Assembly (NCBI GenBank): GCA_030141605.1
Contig: JAQGDQ010000111.1
Location: 1-64,000 of the forward strand
DNA from: Tubiluchus corallicola
Taxonomy: Eukaryota > Animalia > Priapulida
Length of the DNA stretch: 64,000 nucleotides
Reading direction: 5' to 3'
The translations under genes and the position numbers were made by a program. Below the pieces are notes generated by a model that worked only from the letters and a program-made list of their open reading frames with translations, had not been told where the DNA came from and ran no database searches. Of this stretch, positions 25,418 to 38,876 are shown in pieces. Every line of letters starts with the position of its first letter. Positions within the stretch are counted from its first letter, which is position 1.

Positions 25418-27049
25418 AGAGACTAAGAGAAAGAGAGAGAAATAGGGAGAGAGATAAGAGAGAGGATGTAGAGAAGAGAGAGAGAGAGAGAGAGAAATGG
25501 AGAAAGGGAAAGAGGGAGGAGAGAAACATAGTGAGTGAGAAAATGAAAGGAATAGAGAAAAGCTGCCTTTGATGCTGAAATGAGGCTGTGGACCTATTGG
25601 GCAGTGATGGAAAACTCAAGCCTAGCTTCACTTACCTGGTTTTGCTACTGCATACATTGGTAAGGATACTTCTGCAGGTTTTAAGGAACTGTTTTTGATA
25701 ATGTGCTGCTTTTTTCTGGCCACAACACAATAAATAGGCCATGTCTTTGAATTTGGATAATGGTTTACACGGTATTTCAACTAAGGATTTAGAAGCAATT
25801 GGCTTCAGCTAGAATTCTGAAGGCAATAGCTGAGTGCTTACAATGTGTGCGTTGTGATCTAAGTTAAGCAATTCTGAGCCTGTGTTATAAGATGAATGGG
25901 TGACTTCTGAAGGAATTGCTTCTGAACAGTTTCATCTGTCATATGTATACATATCCGAATGTTTGTGATCTTGACAACCTTGTTGATTCGGATAAAATCT
26001 AGAGGGTTTTATCGAAAATGAACTAGATTTTGGTAATGCCACAGCTGTCAACATGTAAGTTTCATTGGGTACTCAAGATACAGGTTTGAATTCTAAAAAC
26101 TAATAAAAAAAATAATTTAATAATTATTATGTTTAGTTGTTCACCAAGTGAAAATGTCATGACTCGCACTATATACAAGTATGTGCTTTTTTCAGGTAAT
26201 TCGAGTTACACTATCTCGGGGACTAAACGTACTCATCCGTCCAATGCAAATGCTAAACATTATGATTGCACTTTGTGCTACCACCGTGTCACTGATGTGC
26301 ATCGCACTGGTGCTAAGTGTGTTCCTGGATCAATACAAGACCCCAAACTGCCTCGAGCAGGCTATCATGTTACGGGCAGTCTACGGACTAAACCAGGACG
26401 CTCTTCAACTATGGATGGTACGTTGTCGATGTCTTGTAGTGACAAGATGGCCCGTTGGAATGTCATAGGTTGTCAGGGAGCCTTGCTTATGCATTTGCTG
26501 GAGGAACCTGTTTATGTGTCTTCGGTGATTATTGGAAAAAGTGAATTCAGTGCCACTGCTCTGCATCGTGCTATTGTGCAACGAGTGTCTTGTATTGGCG
26601 ATCTTCCAAAACCTTACAGAGTCAATATGCCGATGATTGCACAGACTGATTTGTCATTTCACCATGGCAGGGAACAAGCTGACTTAGACTTCCTACGAGA
26701 AGCGTGCCGAAAAGTGTGGCCATGTGGTGCTTCTATTGTATGGGCTAATGTTGAATATGATTCGCTTGAAGTTTTAGTAAATGGCAGAAAACAGGGGGCG
26801 ACAAAGTCTAAATCAAGTTTGTCAGTATGTTCTTCGGTGTGTAAACGTGAACTTTTCATCCTTTTTTTATCAGTGCTTCATAAGTGTTCCATGAAAGGTA
26901 GATGCCAAGAGTTACCTGATGTAGAGACTTATGCTGAGTATAAACAGCGTGCATTTGACTATCAGTCAGCCTGGCAGACTCTAAGATGCATTTTAAGTAA
27001 ATGGCAACAAAAGGATTCAAGTTTTGATTCATTTTCTGTGATTATATAA
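22657..27049 (+). CDS. ADAT1: tRNA-specific adenosine deaminase 1 (A37 of tRNA-Ala), 4 coding exons
   Basis: Exons 22657-22747 (MASDFANDIARLCFDHY..LPKKGKP), 23941-24109 (EWT.LAA..SMATGSKC..LVNDSHAEILARR), 24567-24880 (FHFFCSQTPCGDAAIF), 26196-27049 (HRTGAKCV, LRTKPGR, SMSCSDKMARWNVIGCQGALL). It is a deaminase domain with no dsRBD. Confidence 0.94.
25170..25560. repeat. Purine-rich low-complexity tract with a (GA)n core at 25330-25410
   Basis: Directly visible; lies in ADAT1 intron 3. Confidence 0.95.
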
Positions 27050-29928
27050 AATTTATGTCATGAGTATAACCTTTTTTATACAGTTCTGTACATAGAAAGC
27101 CAGTATCCCGCATTCAATGTGTGGGGCACAACATTATGTGACACTGAATTTTATGCAGGCCGTGCTTATTATGTTGATATTTGCTGTAGGGCTGTACCTA
27201 GTTCATTAATATAGTTAAATTTCTAAGATCTTATTCTGAACTGTGTGATTTTAATAGCAAATGTATCTTAGCTACTGTATGTGTATTGATATTTCGTATA
27301 TCTTTTTGTTATTATTAAACATATAATATAATAATTTTTAATTTACATTTTTGCATTTAGGGCAGTGTAGTCCTAGAAAAAACAGTTATTTGACAGTCAA
27401 CAAAAATACTTAATATAAGTTTAATGCTATGGCTCAAAAAAGTGAAATACTGTAGTCTAGCTGATGATTATAAAAATGAATTGCTTTAATGGTGAAAAAT
27501 CTGCATTCGTCATATACTGCATTGTTTTTATGATGGAGGACATCCTCCATTAAAGATTCTACTACTAAATGATTGATTTTTCTTATGGGATATTACCGTA
27601 AATTGATTGTTTACTATGATTTTGAAGGGTAAACCATCATTGAGCTTTCTTGGCTGGCTCAGTTGAACTTGGTGAAGGGTAAAGTAGTACCCTAAATGAG
27701 TTTCATGTTAGTTGTTAAAAGAGAAGCCATGCAACCTGCAAAAACGTTCGTCAGATAGTTCATCTGTTCTTAAATACTGGTAGCTCAACTGCGCATTGCA
27801 CCAAGCGCACACTACCACCGGAAAGCAAGGTTTAGTTACAAAAATCTCGTTTTTGTTGCCGCTGTGGAAAAGTCGTACAGAATGTGCGTAACGACGTTGC
27901 CGTCTCATCGTCATCGTGCTAAGAAACGCCAAAGTGAAGCTGTTTCGTCTTGCTAATATGTGACGGTGATGAGCATGGTTATGCATTTTATCATGTCCTA
28001 AAAAACTTTTAGCGCATTTTCACATTTTATACGTGCTTTGTTAGTAGGTTAATTAATAACGCCAATTCGTTACAAGTACACATTATTTAACAACATCTGT
28101 ACGTGCTACATGAGTTGAGGTTTGCATTCGTTTTATGATTTTTTGTCTGTTGCCTGTTGGTTTTGTGCAAATTCTAGAGACGGCTTTGTCAAACCTCGTG
28201 GTTCATATAGGAACCACTTGAGATTTAAATCATATTATTTCGTATAAGTGGTAAAAAACACAGTGCACAAAACAACATGTAAAGGCAACGGTTTGAACCG
28301 TTAGGTCCTCTGCATCATGATTACACGTTGTCCTTATTAAATAAAATTACAAAATACAATTTATTACACTCGATGTGTTTAAAATAAAATACATCTAACA
28401 TAAAGTACACCTGATTTATAAAATAAACACATTCAAAATGTACAGTGACTGAATTAAAAGTAAGTTATTAAATATGTTCAAAGTAAAACAGTGGCACATG
28501 GTGTTAAATATTTATAGTGAATATTTAATTAAAAATGTTTCACAATAAAGATGATGCTGTTTTCATAATCGTGCTCAAACGTGTTTCCACCCGAATATAA
28601 ATTATTATAAAAGTTTAATACTAAAGTTTTGCAAGTGCTTTTTGTGTCCCTACCTAATTGCCCATTAATGTGCAGGATTTCGGAACTCTATTCACAAAAT
28701 TTGCACAAAAAAAACAGTTAGTTTTTATCCACATCGTAGCTGCAGCAGTGTGTGCACTGGTTGTTTAGTAAATTTAGTAACTAGAAAACACTATTATACA
28801 AAGTTCTTTGACATCAAGCCAAAAGACTAATCTTTTGTTAATTGCAGGGTATACAAAAAAAAGCATAAATGTTGAAAAAGCTGTCTAAAAAGAGAAAAAT
28901 GTATAACATCATTTCATTCATTTTCAAAGTTTACAGGAGGTACAGATAAACTAGGATGTAAGTAATTATTCTGATTGGGATCTTGAAAGTTCCTAAGACA
29001 AATGTATTTATCCAAGTTGGAAAAACAACAATTAACATTGTTATTGTCTTCAAACAGATAAAAAAATTAAAATTTGGTATCAGGTGGTACAAGTTCACTT
29101 AAAGCCAAAGTCTAGATTAGGTTATTCAGCTATTGGATTAATAGACTGCAGTGGTAAAGTGCTGCTAGCTTTCACAGCTTAGCAAAGCTTTGGCGCAATC
29201 TGATTAGTTCTTTTTTTGTAAAGACAATCAAACCATTTTGATATCAGTATTTGCACCTGTTTTCTATTGTAAGACCAAGTGCTGCTTTATACAAGAGTGC
29301 AGCTAGTAACCAAAAGTAACCTTCAAAATTTCAGAAATGTATGTCGCCCAAAATCCATTTACATGGCATTTGGTTTGCATAACCTGTTGTTGAATTGCCT
29401 AGATTTTTTGGCAATACCTATTAGGCAAATGCGATAATATAATACTTTGTGTAAACATTGTCAAATTTATTTGCATTACAAAAGTAACTATGGTGTGCTA
29501 CATAGTCTAATCTATAATATCAAAAATTTAAATAGTATTTTTCAGAACTTAAATTTCTGTTTCTATTATACTGAATTTCAAGTCTTTGTGCACTATTAGG
29601 TAGTAGACAACTAGTAGATAAACCTAAACGTGCCTATAAATGTCCTTCGGCAGATTGTATAAAGGAAATATGTAATTGTAATTTTCTACTTAAACAGTGT
29701 ACCTAATATTGCACGACTGTGAAATTGCCATGACGACGAAAGCAGTGATAGCTTTTGCTTTTCTCTGGTCAAGTGACACTTCAAGTGCAATACCACACGT
29801 AGTGCAATTAAGGCAGGTACCTACGCCATTTAGCATAAAAATTAGGCTTATTAATATATGTTTTAAAATGTTTTTTCAAGAACACCTTTGATAAGAATAC
29901 TTTGTTAGATACTAGATATGGCCTAAAG

Positions 29929-30872
29929 CAGGGGTGTGCAAATTATCTGACTAGCCGGGCCGCATACAGTTTGATCAAGGAGCCAAGTACAGTAGGACCT
30001 AGTAACAATTTTTTGCATCCGATTTGCGTACATCATTACTACTGAATTACTACGCTCAAGAAACTATTTTAGAAGTTATTAAAAATTATGTTAAAAACCA
30101 TATATTTCTACTTTCACGACAGATAGTGGTAATTTCATTACAATGCATATTAGGAATGTTTATCACACAGTCTGTGTAGTACAGTGCATGTTTTGACTCG
30201 CTGTTCTTCTTCAATCTCCTCTTTTTCTTATCCATGATTCTGATCTATAAGAACACTACATCTGATGAAACAGCCACTGATTGAGGCGTGTACTACTGAG
30301 CCTAAGCTGAAACTAAAATCTGGGAATCCCCCTATATCAGGGGTGACCACACTTTTTCAGCTTGCTGGCTACTTACAAATTAGTCTGTTCTGTCCAGTCG
30401 TCTTCTTGGTCATAGCAGGTAGATTATTTTGACTTGGTTATTTTATAATTTATTTATTTATAATTTATTTTGTAAAATACCCAAGTCAAAATGTTCTACC
30501 TGTTATGACTAAGAAGCTGACTGGACAGACAGGCCCGATAATAGAAGCCTAGAGATTGGCTAATTGGTCTTCCTACCAGCCAATCAGATTGCTTCTCACA
30601 TTTCTTGCACATTTGAGCATTTGAATGGTGGCTTCCTTGATAGTTTGCTGTGTTGTGCGATTACATCGCTTTTTTGTGTTCCAAGTAAGCAACGTTAAAT
30701 TTCGTCATGTCCGACAGTGACATTAAGTGACAACAGTCTTGTAAGGGTTAATGCCATCCGATCTAGAGGAAAAAACTACCCGCACTATCTTTGCGATATT
30801 GGCGCGGGCTTCAGCTGGATCGCGTGGGCCGCACTTTCATTACGTTGACAAACCGCAATTTGCACACCCCTG
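29929..30872. mobile_element. hAT (Charlie-like) non-autonomous transposon, 944 bp
   Basis: Perfect 16-bp TIRs CAGGGGTGTGCAAATT and an exact 8-bp TSD GCCTAAAG (29921-28 and 30873-80). Subterminal GGGCCGCA motifs. Confidence 0.93.
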
Positions 30873-31382
30873 GCCTAAAGAATAAAACTGAACTTGACAT
30901 TAATATTCATTAATATTAGATATCACAGGAATGGAAGTGCGATACCCTGGTTTTACGTAACCCAGGCGTCACCCTGCTTGATGAAATTTCAAGGTCTGTA
31001 AAATGTACATGCACAAGTATATCATGTGAACAAGAGAACTAGTGACAATGTAAATCCTAGTGCAATGCCACATCATCATTTTTGCTGATGGTGGTGCATT
31101 GAGTTTGCAACATGACTATGTTCGTAACGAATTAAAGGTGTTTGTGTGCAGCATGTAATCATTTATTTTCTTTTATTTTTATGTCTTTTATATTAAAAAA
31201 TAATGCTCATAAGTTGCTACTTCTTTTTCCGTTTTTTTCCAAAGCATGCGCCGTCAGTTGACTGACAATTAATATCTGAATGACGTGTGCTGGTAAATTC
31301 TAACTAACCTTTTTTGTTTTATCAACTCTAATAAACTTCTTATTTAATGTTTCAGGGCTGCAAGCCAAAATTTTTGTAAAAG

Positions 31383-31565
31383 ATGAAACCTACTCCTGTT
31401 GTGGTAGATGAAATGTTCCCAGAAGGAGCTGGTCCCTACATGGACCTGGAAGAAGCAGGGGGATCGAGTGGTCTCCTCAACGATCTAGTCGCAAATGAAA
31501 AGGCTGTTCATTCAGATTTTTTCAACGATTTTGATGATTTGTTTGACGATGAAGATCTTGCGTGA
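31383..31565 (+). CDS. COPS9: COP9 signalosome subunit 9 (CSNAP/MYEOV2), single coding exon
   Basis: [51 protein letters not shown] is the characteristic COPS9 sequence. Splice acceptor at 31354-55. Confidence 0.97.
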   Translation: MKPTPVVVDEMFPEGAGPYMDLEEAGGSSGLLNDLVANEKAVHSDFFNDFDDLFDDEDLA

Positions 31566-34279
31566 TTGGTTGTGTCGGGTTTTGCGTTTGTGTTTCTAGA
31601 TCAGTGAGACGATGTTTTTATAGTTTGATGCTATTTTAACAGCTGAAAATATAGTATCTTACCTAAACTTTGTCTTGCAAATTATATTCATATATGGTAC
31701 TACAGTGTCGGTGATTTCAGACTTTGTGGAAATGGCATTTATTTCGCGACAATTCACAATTTTATGCTGTGTTCTGTCATTTTTCATACGAGCGATATTC
31801 ACTGTGTAAAATGACAAATGCTGAAACTCCATGTGTAGTTCAAGAACTGTAGCATACCTTATGTCCTAGCCAATCAAAACGTTAACCACAATTTGCAAAA
31901 ACTTGTTGCAAAGCTCTAGATTATTGAATTTTGTTTATTTAGCTTTTTCTAGATTGATTGTAAAGTTTACTGTTACCACATTTAAAAGTCTCCTTAATTT
32001 GTGAAATATTGTTTTAAGTTAAGCTGAATTGAAGCAAAATGTAGTGCTCTAGTTCTGTGTATTACATGTATTATTATTTAGAATGTCGAATTGGCGCATT
32101 TTGACCTGGAGAGATTTTATGGATTTTACTCTTTACTGTGTTCTGCTTAGCTGTCATTTGATTATGTTAAACAAAAAACTGTAAATAAATAAAATGTTGT
32201 TTTAGTTTGTCTTGAATCGTGAAATGTTGGTTCGTGTGTCAGACTTAATTTTGCAGCTTTCGCAATTGGATAAGGTATTGAGCAAAACAGTATATTGTCA
32301 TAGTAATACTATTATGTGGCACAATAGTGAGAATTTGTGTTATTTAGCACCTATAGGAAATTACGTATCCTTTACTGTACTTTAGAAAAACATTTTTAAG
32401 ATAAAAATAATATTAAATTAAATTTATTGTGCAAATATGCAATTAACATTACATTCATTGGCAAGTACAAAAAGAAAATTATATACAGGTAGAACTACAG
32501 ATTGCTATCATACATATATATAAAAAAACTGAGGTACTGCTACTTATAGTAACAACATTAGAATGCAGGCAGTATTAGACAGTCATATAGACAGTATAAC
32601 AGTGCGAGGTATGCAGTGGGTACTGTATCAAGTTTTGTTGTGCAATACCATGCTCACATTTCTATTTAGATACCACAGTCAAGCAATTCCAGTTAGCAAG
32701 TAAGAAATACTACAAAAATACATGTAGCTGGGTAATTGCAGCGAATCCACCAATAAAATTTAAAACTATACAATATGATGTATTAAATAAAAATTTAATG
32801 TCCATTCAATGGTTATAAAAATTGATTGTTGCATTGAACAAATGCAGGACGATTTTAATCAACTTTGTTGTTAATTTTATGAGGCATCCAGTTTTTGTTA
32901 CATTGTTTTAGAGATTTCCTTTCTAAGTTTAATAACTACAAAACTAATGTTCAGACTTCAGTATATTTGCTTAATATTATTTATTTTTCTGCAGAAATAT
33001 GATAATTATTATTGTTTCGGGCAGTAAATATATTTTCAGGAGAATGCACTTTTTTATTATAAAATTGCAATTTAGAAGGAAATTGTGCTATGTTAAAAAT
33101 GGATTAATAAAGTAGAGCTTACAAATTTTAGCTGCAATGCTGTAATTTTTTACAAATATAAAGTAATATTTATTATAATTACAAAGTAGTCTGCGTTTCT
33201 GAAGAGTCAATGTTGATACTGTCTTCTTTAGTTGAGTTTCAGTGGCTTTATCAGTTTCATTTCTGACGACTGGAAGGTGCTGCTCTCTTCTGTGAAATTT
33301 TCGCACCCGGCTGAAGTTTGTGCTGTATATCGTACTAAGCGAATTTTTTTGCCATTTTTTCGTAGTAAAATTATAGTAATGTGAGTCATCGGCGCTTTAT
33401 TCAGTTTAAAGAAGTATCACGTGTTTCGATTGTGTCTAAGATTTCTAAGGATTGGTTTTACAGCTTTTAGGTAAGTTGCTGTTTATATTTCTGAACACCG
33501 TCGGTCGACCTAGTAATCAGTATAGGATTGCGTGTAGTATAACCATACTTCGTCCATAGATCTAGGGAGTACCTACATTGACCAACTTTAGTAATGCGCA
33601 AATAGCTTGAATAAAGACGATTACGATCACTAATTAATCTAATTTTCAGTTGTGATTAATCATACAGCACCAATCATATTATGCATATGCTATACATGCT
33701 TGCAGTTACTACACTATAGACTTGATATTGTTTACTAAATTTTTAGTATGACAGTGTTCAGATGGGTTAAGTTAGTGACTAATCATAAGTGATCAGGATT
33801 TTGATAATAGTACTTAATCATGCCGCTGAATATTGCGATCAAATTTACAATTCATAATAATAATAGAGAGAGAATTTTTGAGAGAAAACAACTATAAGTA
33901 TAAAACGATTAACAGGGGTTCGATGAGAGAGATAACTATGGACAAAAGTCTACATCTCAGCCCTGTCAATCTACGGTAATAATATTTTTGGGGCAGGTAC
34001 CCCATACCCTCATTAAATTTCCAAAGTGATGGAATTTGGTGCAGGTACCCCATACCCAGGGCCTCTGAGGAGATTCAGACTTCAAAGGACAGCCTTGGAT
34101 TGAAATGCATATCGTGCTTTATTGTATATTTTTTTAAATATAATACCAAATCTTAATTATGATTATCGTATGTCACACCGATACCATTGTAAATTGCAGT
34201 GAAGTTAGTCTTATAAATTACTAGGTTTAAGATGGTTCATAGCTTTCCTGTATAGATGACAGCACAGGAGTCTCAGCAC

Positions 34280-35300
34280 CAGGGCCGGTGCTCGGAAGTG
34301 CGAGGCCCTCTGCCCTACAAAAGCTGAAGATTGGTGTTTTATGCTTGCCAGAAATATTCAAATATCTCAGTCAGGAACAAGTGACAAGAAGAAGTATATT
34401 CGTAGCTTTAATTCTGAATGTTACCAATGGAAAAGTTGGCTTTGCAGCTGTGAAGTAAAAATGCATTGTTTTGCTTCTCGTGTTTGCTGTTTGGACGTGA
34501 TGAAATGTGTCTGAAGCAGCACCCCTATGAATTTTACGAGCTGCCACTTGCTTCATGTAGTACACCTGTCCCAGCTAAAAGTGTTGAGGGCTTGAGACTC
34601 CCCCATTAACCACAATGATATGTACCTGTTGAAGTACCTGTGTGAAATATTTATGTTTTATTACAAGTCAAGATACTTACTGGCATACTGTTTGTGCATG
34701 TACCTTCTAAAAACAGACTTCTGGCTTTTTTTGTTCCAGAAATCTTTCAAAATTATTTCGAAGTCGGTGGTTTTTGTAATGTCATTTTCTGTAGGCAGCA
34801 ATGCCAAATTATTTAGACCTTCTTGTGAAATTGTTGACCGTAGGTATGTTTTAATCAGTTTCAGTTTTGAACAACTTCTTTCACCTGAGGCGACTGTTAC
34901 AAGCATTGTCAAGTAAATTCTCAATGCAATAAAAACATTAGGAAATGCTGTGAGTTTATTGTTCGTTGCCAGGTATTCAGCGCAACCCTCTCTAGTACTA
35001 AATTAAATCATGTGCTAAACATTATGTGCGCTTGGCACAACTAATGTGTTAGGACTCGCCAACTGCCTTTTTAAAAGAAAAATGGCGATGATAAACTGAA
35101 ATTACAAAACAAATAAACAAATGATCAGTAAAAAGTATTGAAACATAGATGTACGATGTCAGACTGAATAGTTTCAGTACATTCCCAGTATCAAGAAACT
35201 TTGTGCGTGCTGGACACTCATTAATTCTTTGCAGCATCCTCAGCTCGAGCGCGTGGCCCAATTTAAAAAAGTCGGTCAAATAGGCTTATAACCAGCCCTG
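34280..35300 (-). mobile_element. Deleted hAT transposon with a C-terminal dimerisation-domain remnant
   Basis: TIRs CAGGGCCGGT / ACCAGCCCTG. Minus-strand 34950-34700 reads FPNVFIALRIYLTMLVTVASGERSCSKLKLIKTYLRSTISQEGLNNLALL. Confidence 0.85.
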
Positions 35301-35362
35301 TTCCAGGACTTGGGAAATACCATTGCGAAAATTATTACTAGTCTCATTTCTACCAAAAATGA

Positions 35363-35925
35363 GTTGACATCCTTCTGTCTGGGAAGACAATGGAGTGTGC
35401 GCCAAGAGAGTCAGTTATTGATCACACTGATGGAGGTGCAGCGATGACTGTGGCTGAGCAATCCGATCCTTGATCCGGATTGAACTGGAGTGGCCTCTCC
35501 AGGGCATGCGCCTGGGCAAGGTGTACGGAGATCCTGAGTTGCCCAGACAACAGGAACCCCCTCTCTTCCTCGCTGGTGTAGTCCAAAGGAAAGCGGAGCG
35601 ATACGTCTGGCACCAGGTTGGCTGCAGGAGCTGCCTGAGTCAACGAGCATGCTGCACTGGTCCGCCTTCGGGGCTCCACTCCTGATTTGGAAGGTTTACT
35701 CCTCTACACATGGCCGTTGGGTCACTTGACCTCCTCGGCCCTCTAGCCGTAGGTTGCTTGTGCAGCTCCTCTGCCTAGTGTTGAGATACAGTGTGGGCAT
35801 CCCGCAAGCCTACAACACCTGGTATTCCTAGGCGATCACCCATCCAAGCACTAACCAGGCTCTACGTTGCTTAATTTCGGTGATCAGACGAGAACCGGTG
35901 TTTTCAACGTGATTTGGCTGTAGTC
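35363..35925 (-). mobile_element. 5S rRNA-derived SINE, copy 2
   Basis: Colinear with 14348-14901 (about 90% identical by eye, two small indels). 5S head at 35925-35806. Confidence 0.9.
35806..35925 (-). pseudogene. 5S rRNA-like sequence (SINE head)
   Basis: 120-nt 5S homolog carrying more substitutions than copy 1. Confidence 0.88.
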
Positions 35926-38311
35926 AAGGTCTACATTTAAATAATCATTAACTTGCAGTAAGTTAAAAAGAATGTACATTTTTAACTTGTCGTTTGCAGT
36001 TTAAGGGTGTTCCTTAAGACTTGCTCCTTGCTGTGTGAATAAATTTGGCCCTTCCTACCAGTGTGATCACAAACTGGGCACAAATTGTAAAATTATGGGT
36101 TACTGCAAGTTTACACTAGTTATTTTTAATTTATACGCTTGCCAGTATGCAATGACTGAAGAGGATTACTTTTTAAAATGTTTTTTCAGGTTTTATAACA
36201 CGTGACACTCCTGCTACACATCCTGTGTTCATGGTGTAACTTATGTGTGTGAGTACCCTGATGCTCTTGTATAATTAAAGGTAAGTCAATTTGCTAATCT
36301 GTTTGAAGTTTTCCACTAAATGTCGCTTTATGTTTTGTTCATAAAAAGTGCGCATTGAGTTCTCAAACAAACGGTCTAGAAGAAAAATGCTAACTTTTTC
36401 AACAGTCTGCAGTTTGGGATTTAGTGAGGGGGAATATTTAATATAGATATGCGTGGGTGTATGGATGCGTGTGTGCATGTGTCCGTGCGTGCATCCGTGC
36501 GTGCATGTGGCTTGGTATATGTGAAGCATTATTCTTCAAGATGTAACATTGAACTGGCAAAAGTACCTTAGTCTGTATGTGTAACTGAGTCTATATCCTC
36601 CTTCAGTGAGTTAACTAGTCAGGGTCAGTATAGCCGACAAAACTGCCCTGAAGCAGATTTTGCTTAGCTGCTAAGCACATGCTTTGACCACTCAGCTATT
36701 CCTGCCATCCTAAAATGTGTTTTGTAATTTTTCTTGTAAAGTTAAGAGTGAATTAGTGAAAGATTCTTGACCTTTTGGAAACAAGAATTTTAAACACGGT
36801 TATTACATGTGAGGCACAGCTTAAAACTGACCAGCTGAATTATTGAATTATGAATTTATTCCACAGCAGCTCAAACATACATATAAATTGATATAACATT
36901 GAAAAAAATAAATAAACTATGCGAGTTACTGTGAGGAGGGGGAAGGAGCATTGAGCTTTCGAGTCCTCCTCCAGATAAGTGAAACAATTGACAATTAACA
37001 TTACATTTTCATCAGTTATAGCATACATTAGAACAAAATAAGTTTTGTTAGTAACTTAAGATCAGGATGTGTAAAATTGTGAGTTAATTATACCGTTGTA
37101 GTAGGTAATTCTTTGATGCTTTTTTAAATTGATAAAGATTAAGAGTTTTCATTTCAGCTTTTGCCAATGAACTTTTTTTATCTTGTAGCAAAAATCATAA
37201 TCGTGTTGTATGAAAATAGGACTTAGCTTCTTTGGGACAGCGGTCATTTAAAATCAAGTCCAATAACCATTTAACTTCACTGCAAGCTTTCACAAGATAC
37301 GTGACCACTGTAAAGTTACCAATGGTGCAGAACATAATGGCAGAAAATGTACATTGATTAACCTACATTAGAATATTAAAAAGATTAGACAGAGAATAAA
37401 CGGTAGGAATAAACTGGAATTTTAAATTATATCTCCAAAAACTTTCCTTTCGAAATTTATCACTTCGTATTATGCTTGAAAGACTGTCTGAAAAAGAAAA
37501 TTCCTAATTATTTAAAATGTTTGCCCACCTAGTATAATGACACTGTTTCACTATCCCAGTATGCACCAAAAAACCTCACTGGTTCACCAATCTCGTTGAC
37601 AAGGTAAAGTAATTTATACTTTTGCTTAGTTAGAGAAGTACGTGCTACAAATGCCGTGATTATTTTTTAAACTTTACGCAACGTTATCTGGACTTGCTTC
37701 AGTTTCTTACTCAAAGGCTAATGCTAAAGTGGCTGTGCCTAACAGCCTTTGCGGAGTTTAAATTTCAAGTTTTCTCCAGTGTTGCTACTAGCTCTGTGCG
37801 CAATAAGACAGCCTGTAAGTGATAGAATTGCGAGACGATCTTTTTTAGCTTTATGTAAGAATAATGTTTTCTTATGCTTTAAGTTACCGTCGTTAAATTT
37901 AATTAATAAAAACGTGGAATAGCTATTATAATTATATAAATATTAATTCAACAGTACGCGTGCAATGAAATAAGGTGAGCTTTGAGCGGTTAGATTAGCT
38001 TTAATGGACGTGCTTCAACCCATTTTCAACATTTTTGACAAAAAGATCACATAGCATGTGAGCGTGAGGCTAGGTTTGATAAATTATTACGGTTCTGGAA
38101 ATTTATTATTTTGTTTAGAAGTTGATTAGCCAATTTTAGAAGTTCTTTAAGATTTTGTTCATTTTCTCGATTTTTCTGGAACACAACTTAAAATCCGTCT
38201 GTTAATTAATGATAACTTATTAATTAATTAGTTTCCATTTACTACGGATAGGTGGCCTTTACTGTTCGTCTAGCATGTATGAGAATTCAGATCTGCTTTG
38301 GCATATGTGTT

Positions 38312-38378
38312 GATAGCTCAAATGAGTAGAGCTTGACACATGCAAGTGTGAGGTTCGAGGTTCGAATCCTGTTTGACC
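38312..38378 (+). pseudogene. tRNA-like sequence (tRNA pseudogene or SINE head)
   Basis: A-box-like TAGCTCAAATGAGTAGAGC and B-box GGTTCGAATCC at tRNA spacing. The anticodon and acceptor stems are imperfect. Confidence 0.5.
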
Positions 38379-38743
38379 TACAAATTTTCTCAGCTTTGGT
38401 CTTAATTTATAACTTCGTTTTTTCATTAATTATTTTGCAACTTCCGCACATTGATAAGATACAGTGCAGCTATTTATTCTCAGTTTCTGTAACCAATGAC
38501 TTGTGGCCACATCATTAAATTTTCATGTAAATTGCCTAGCATTTCTGCAAGAATTTATCATAGACAGCGTCCATCTAGATTCCTGTACAAGTTGGATTGT
38601 TGATACATCCACATTTGTGATATTTTTACTGAGTTTACAGCCATGACACTGATGACATTGACAACGACGTGTGAAAGGACTTACCACTTCGACCCTAACC
38701 TTGGAATGGCAAATTATACATAACTTTCAATTTATGGTCAATC

Positions 38744-38776
38744 TCCCTCTCTCTCTTTCTCTCTCCCTCTCCCCCT

Positions 38777-38874
<98 letters not shown>

Positions 38875-38876
38875 TG
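38744..38876. repeat. (CT)n microsatellite
   Basis: Directly visible. Confidence 0.97.

Noticed and set aside
25074-25631. Poly-SL and poly-ER ORFs (also 38671-38949, 39953-40426, 42954-43652)
   Set aside because: Translations of (CT)/(GA) microsatellites, which lack stop codons.
22657-27049. ADAR instead of ADAT1
   Set aside because: No dsRBD exons, and the protein starts directly with the ADAT1-type N-terminal helix and KKGKP.
30255-30320. Hammerhead ribozyme core (CTGATGA...GAAAC; similar CTGAAGA...GAAA at ~34324)
   Set aside because: Stem II does not close adjacent to the core, and I could not form stems I and III.
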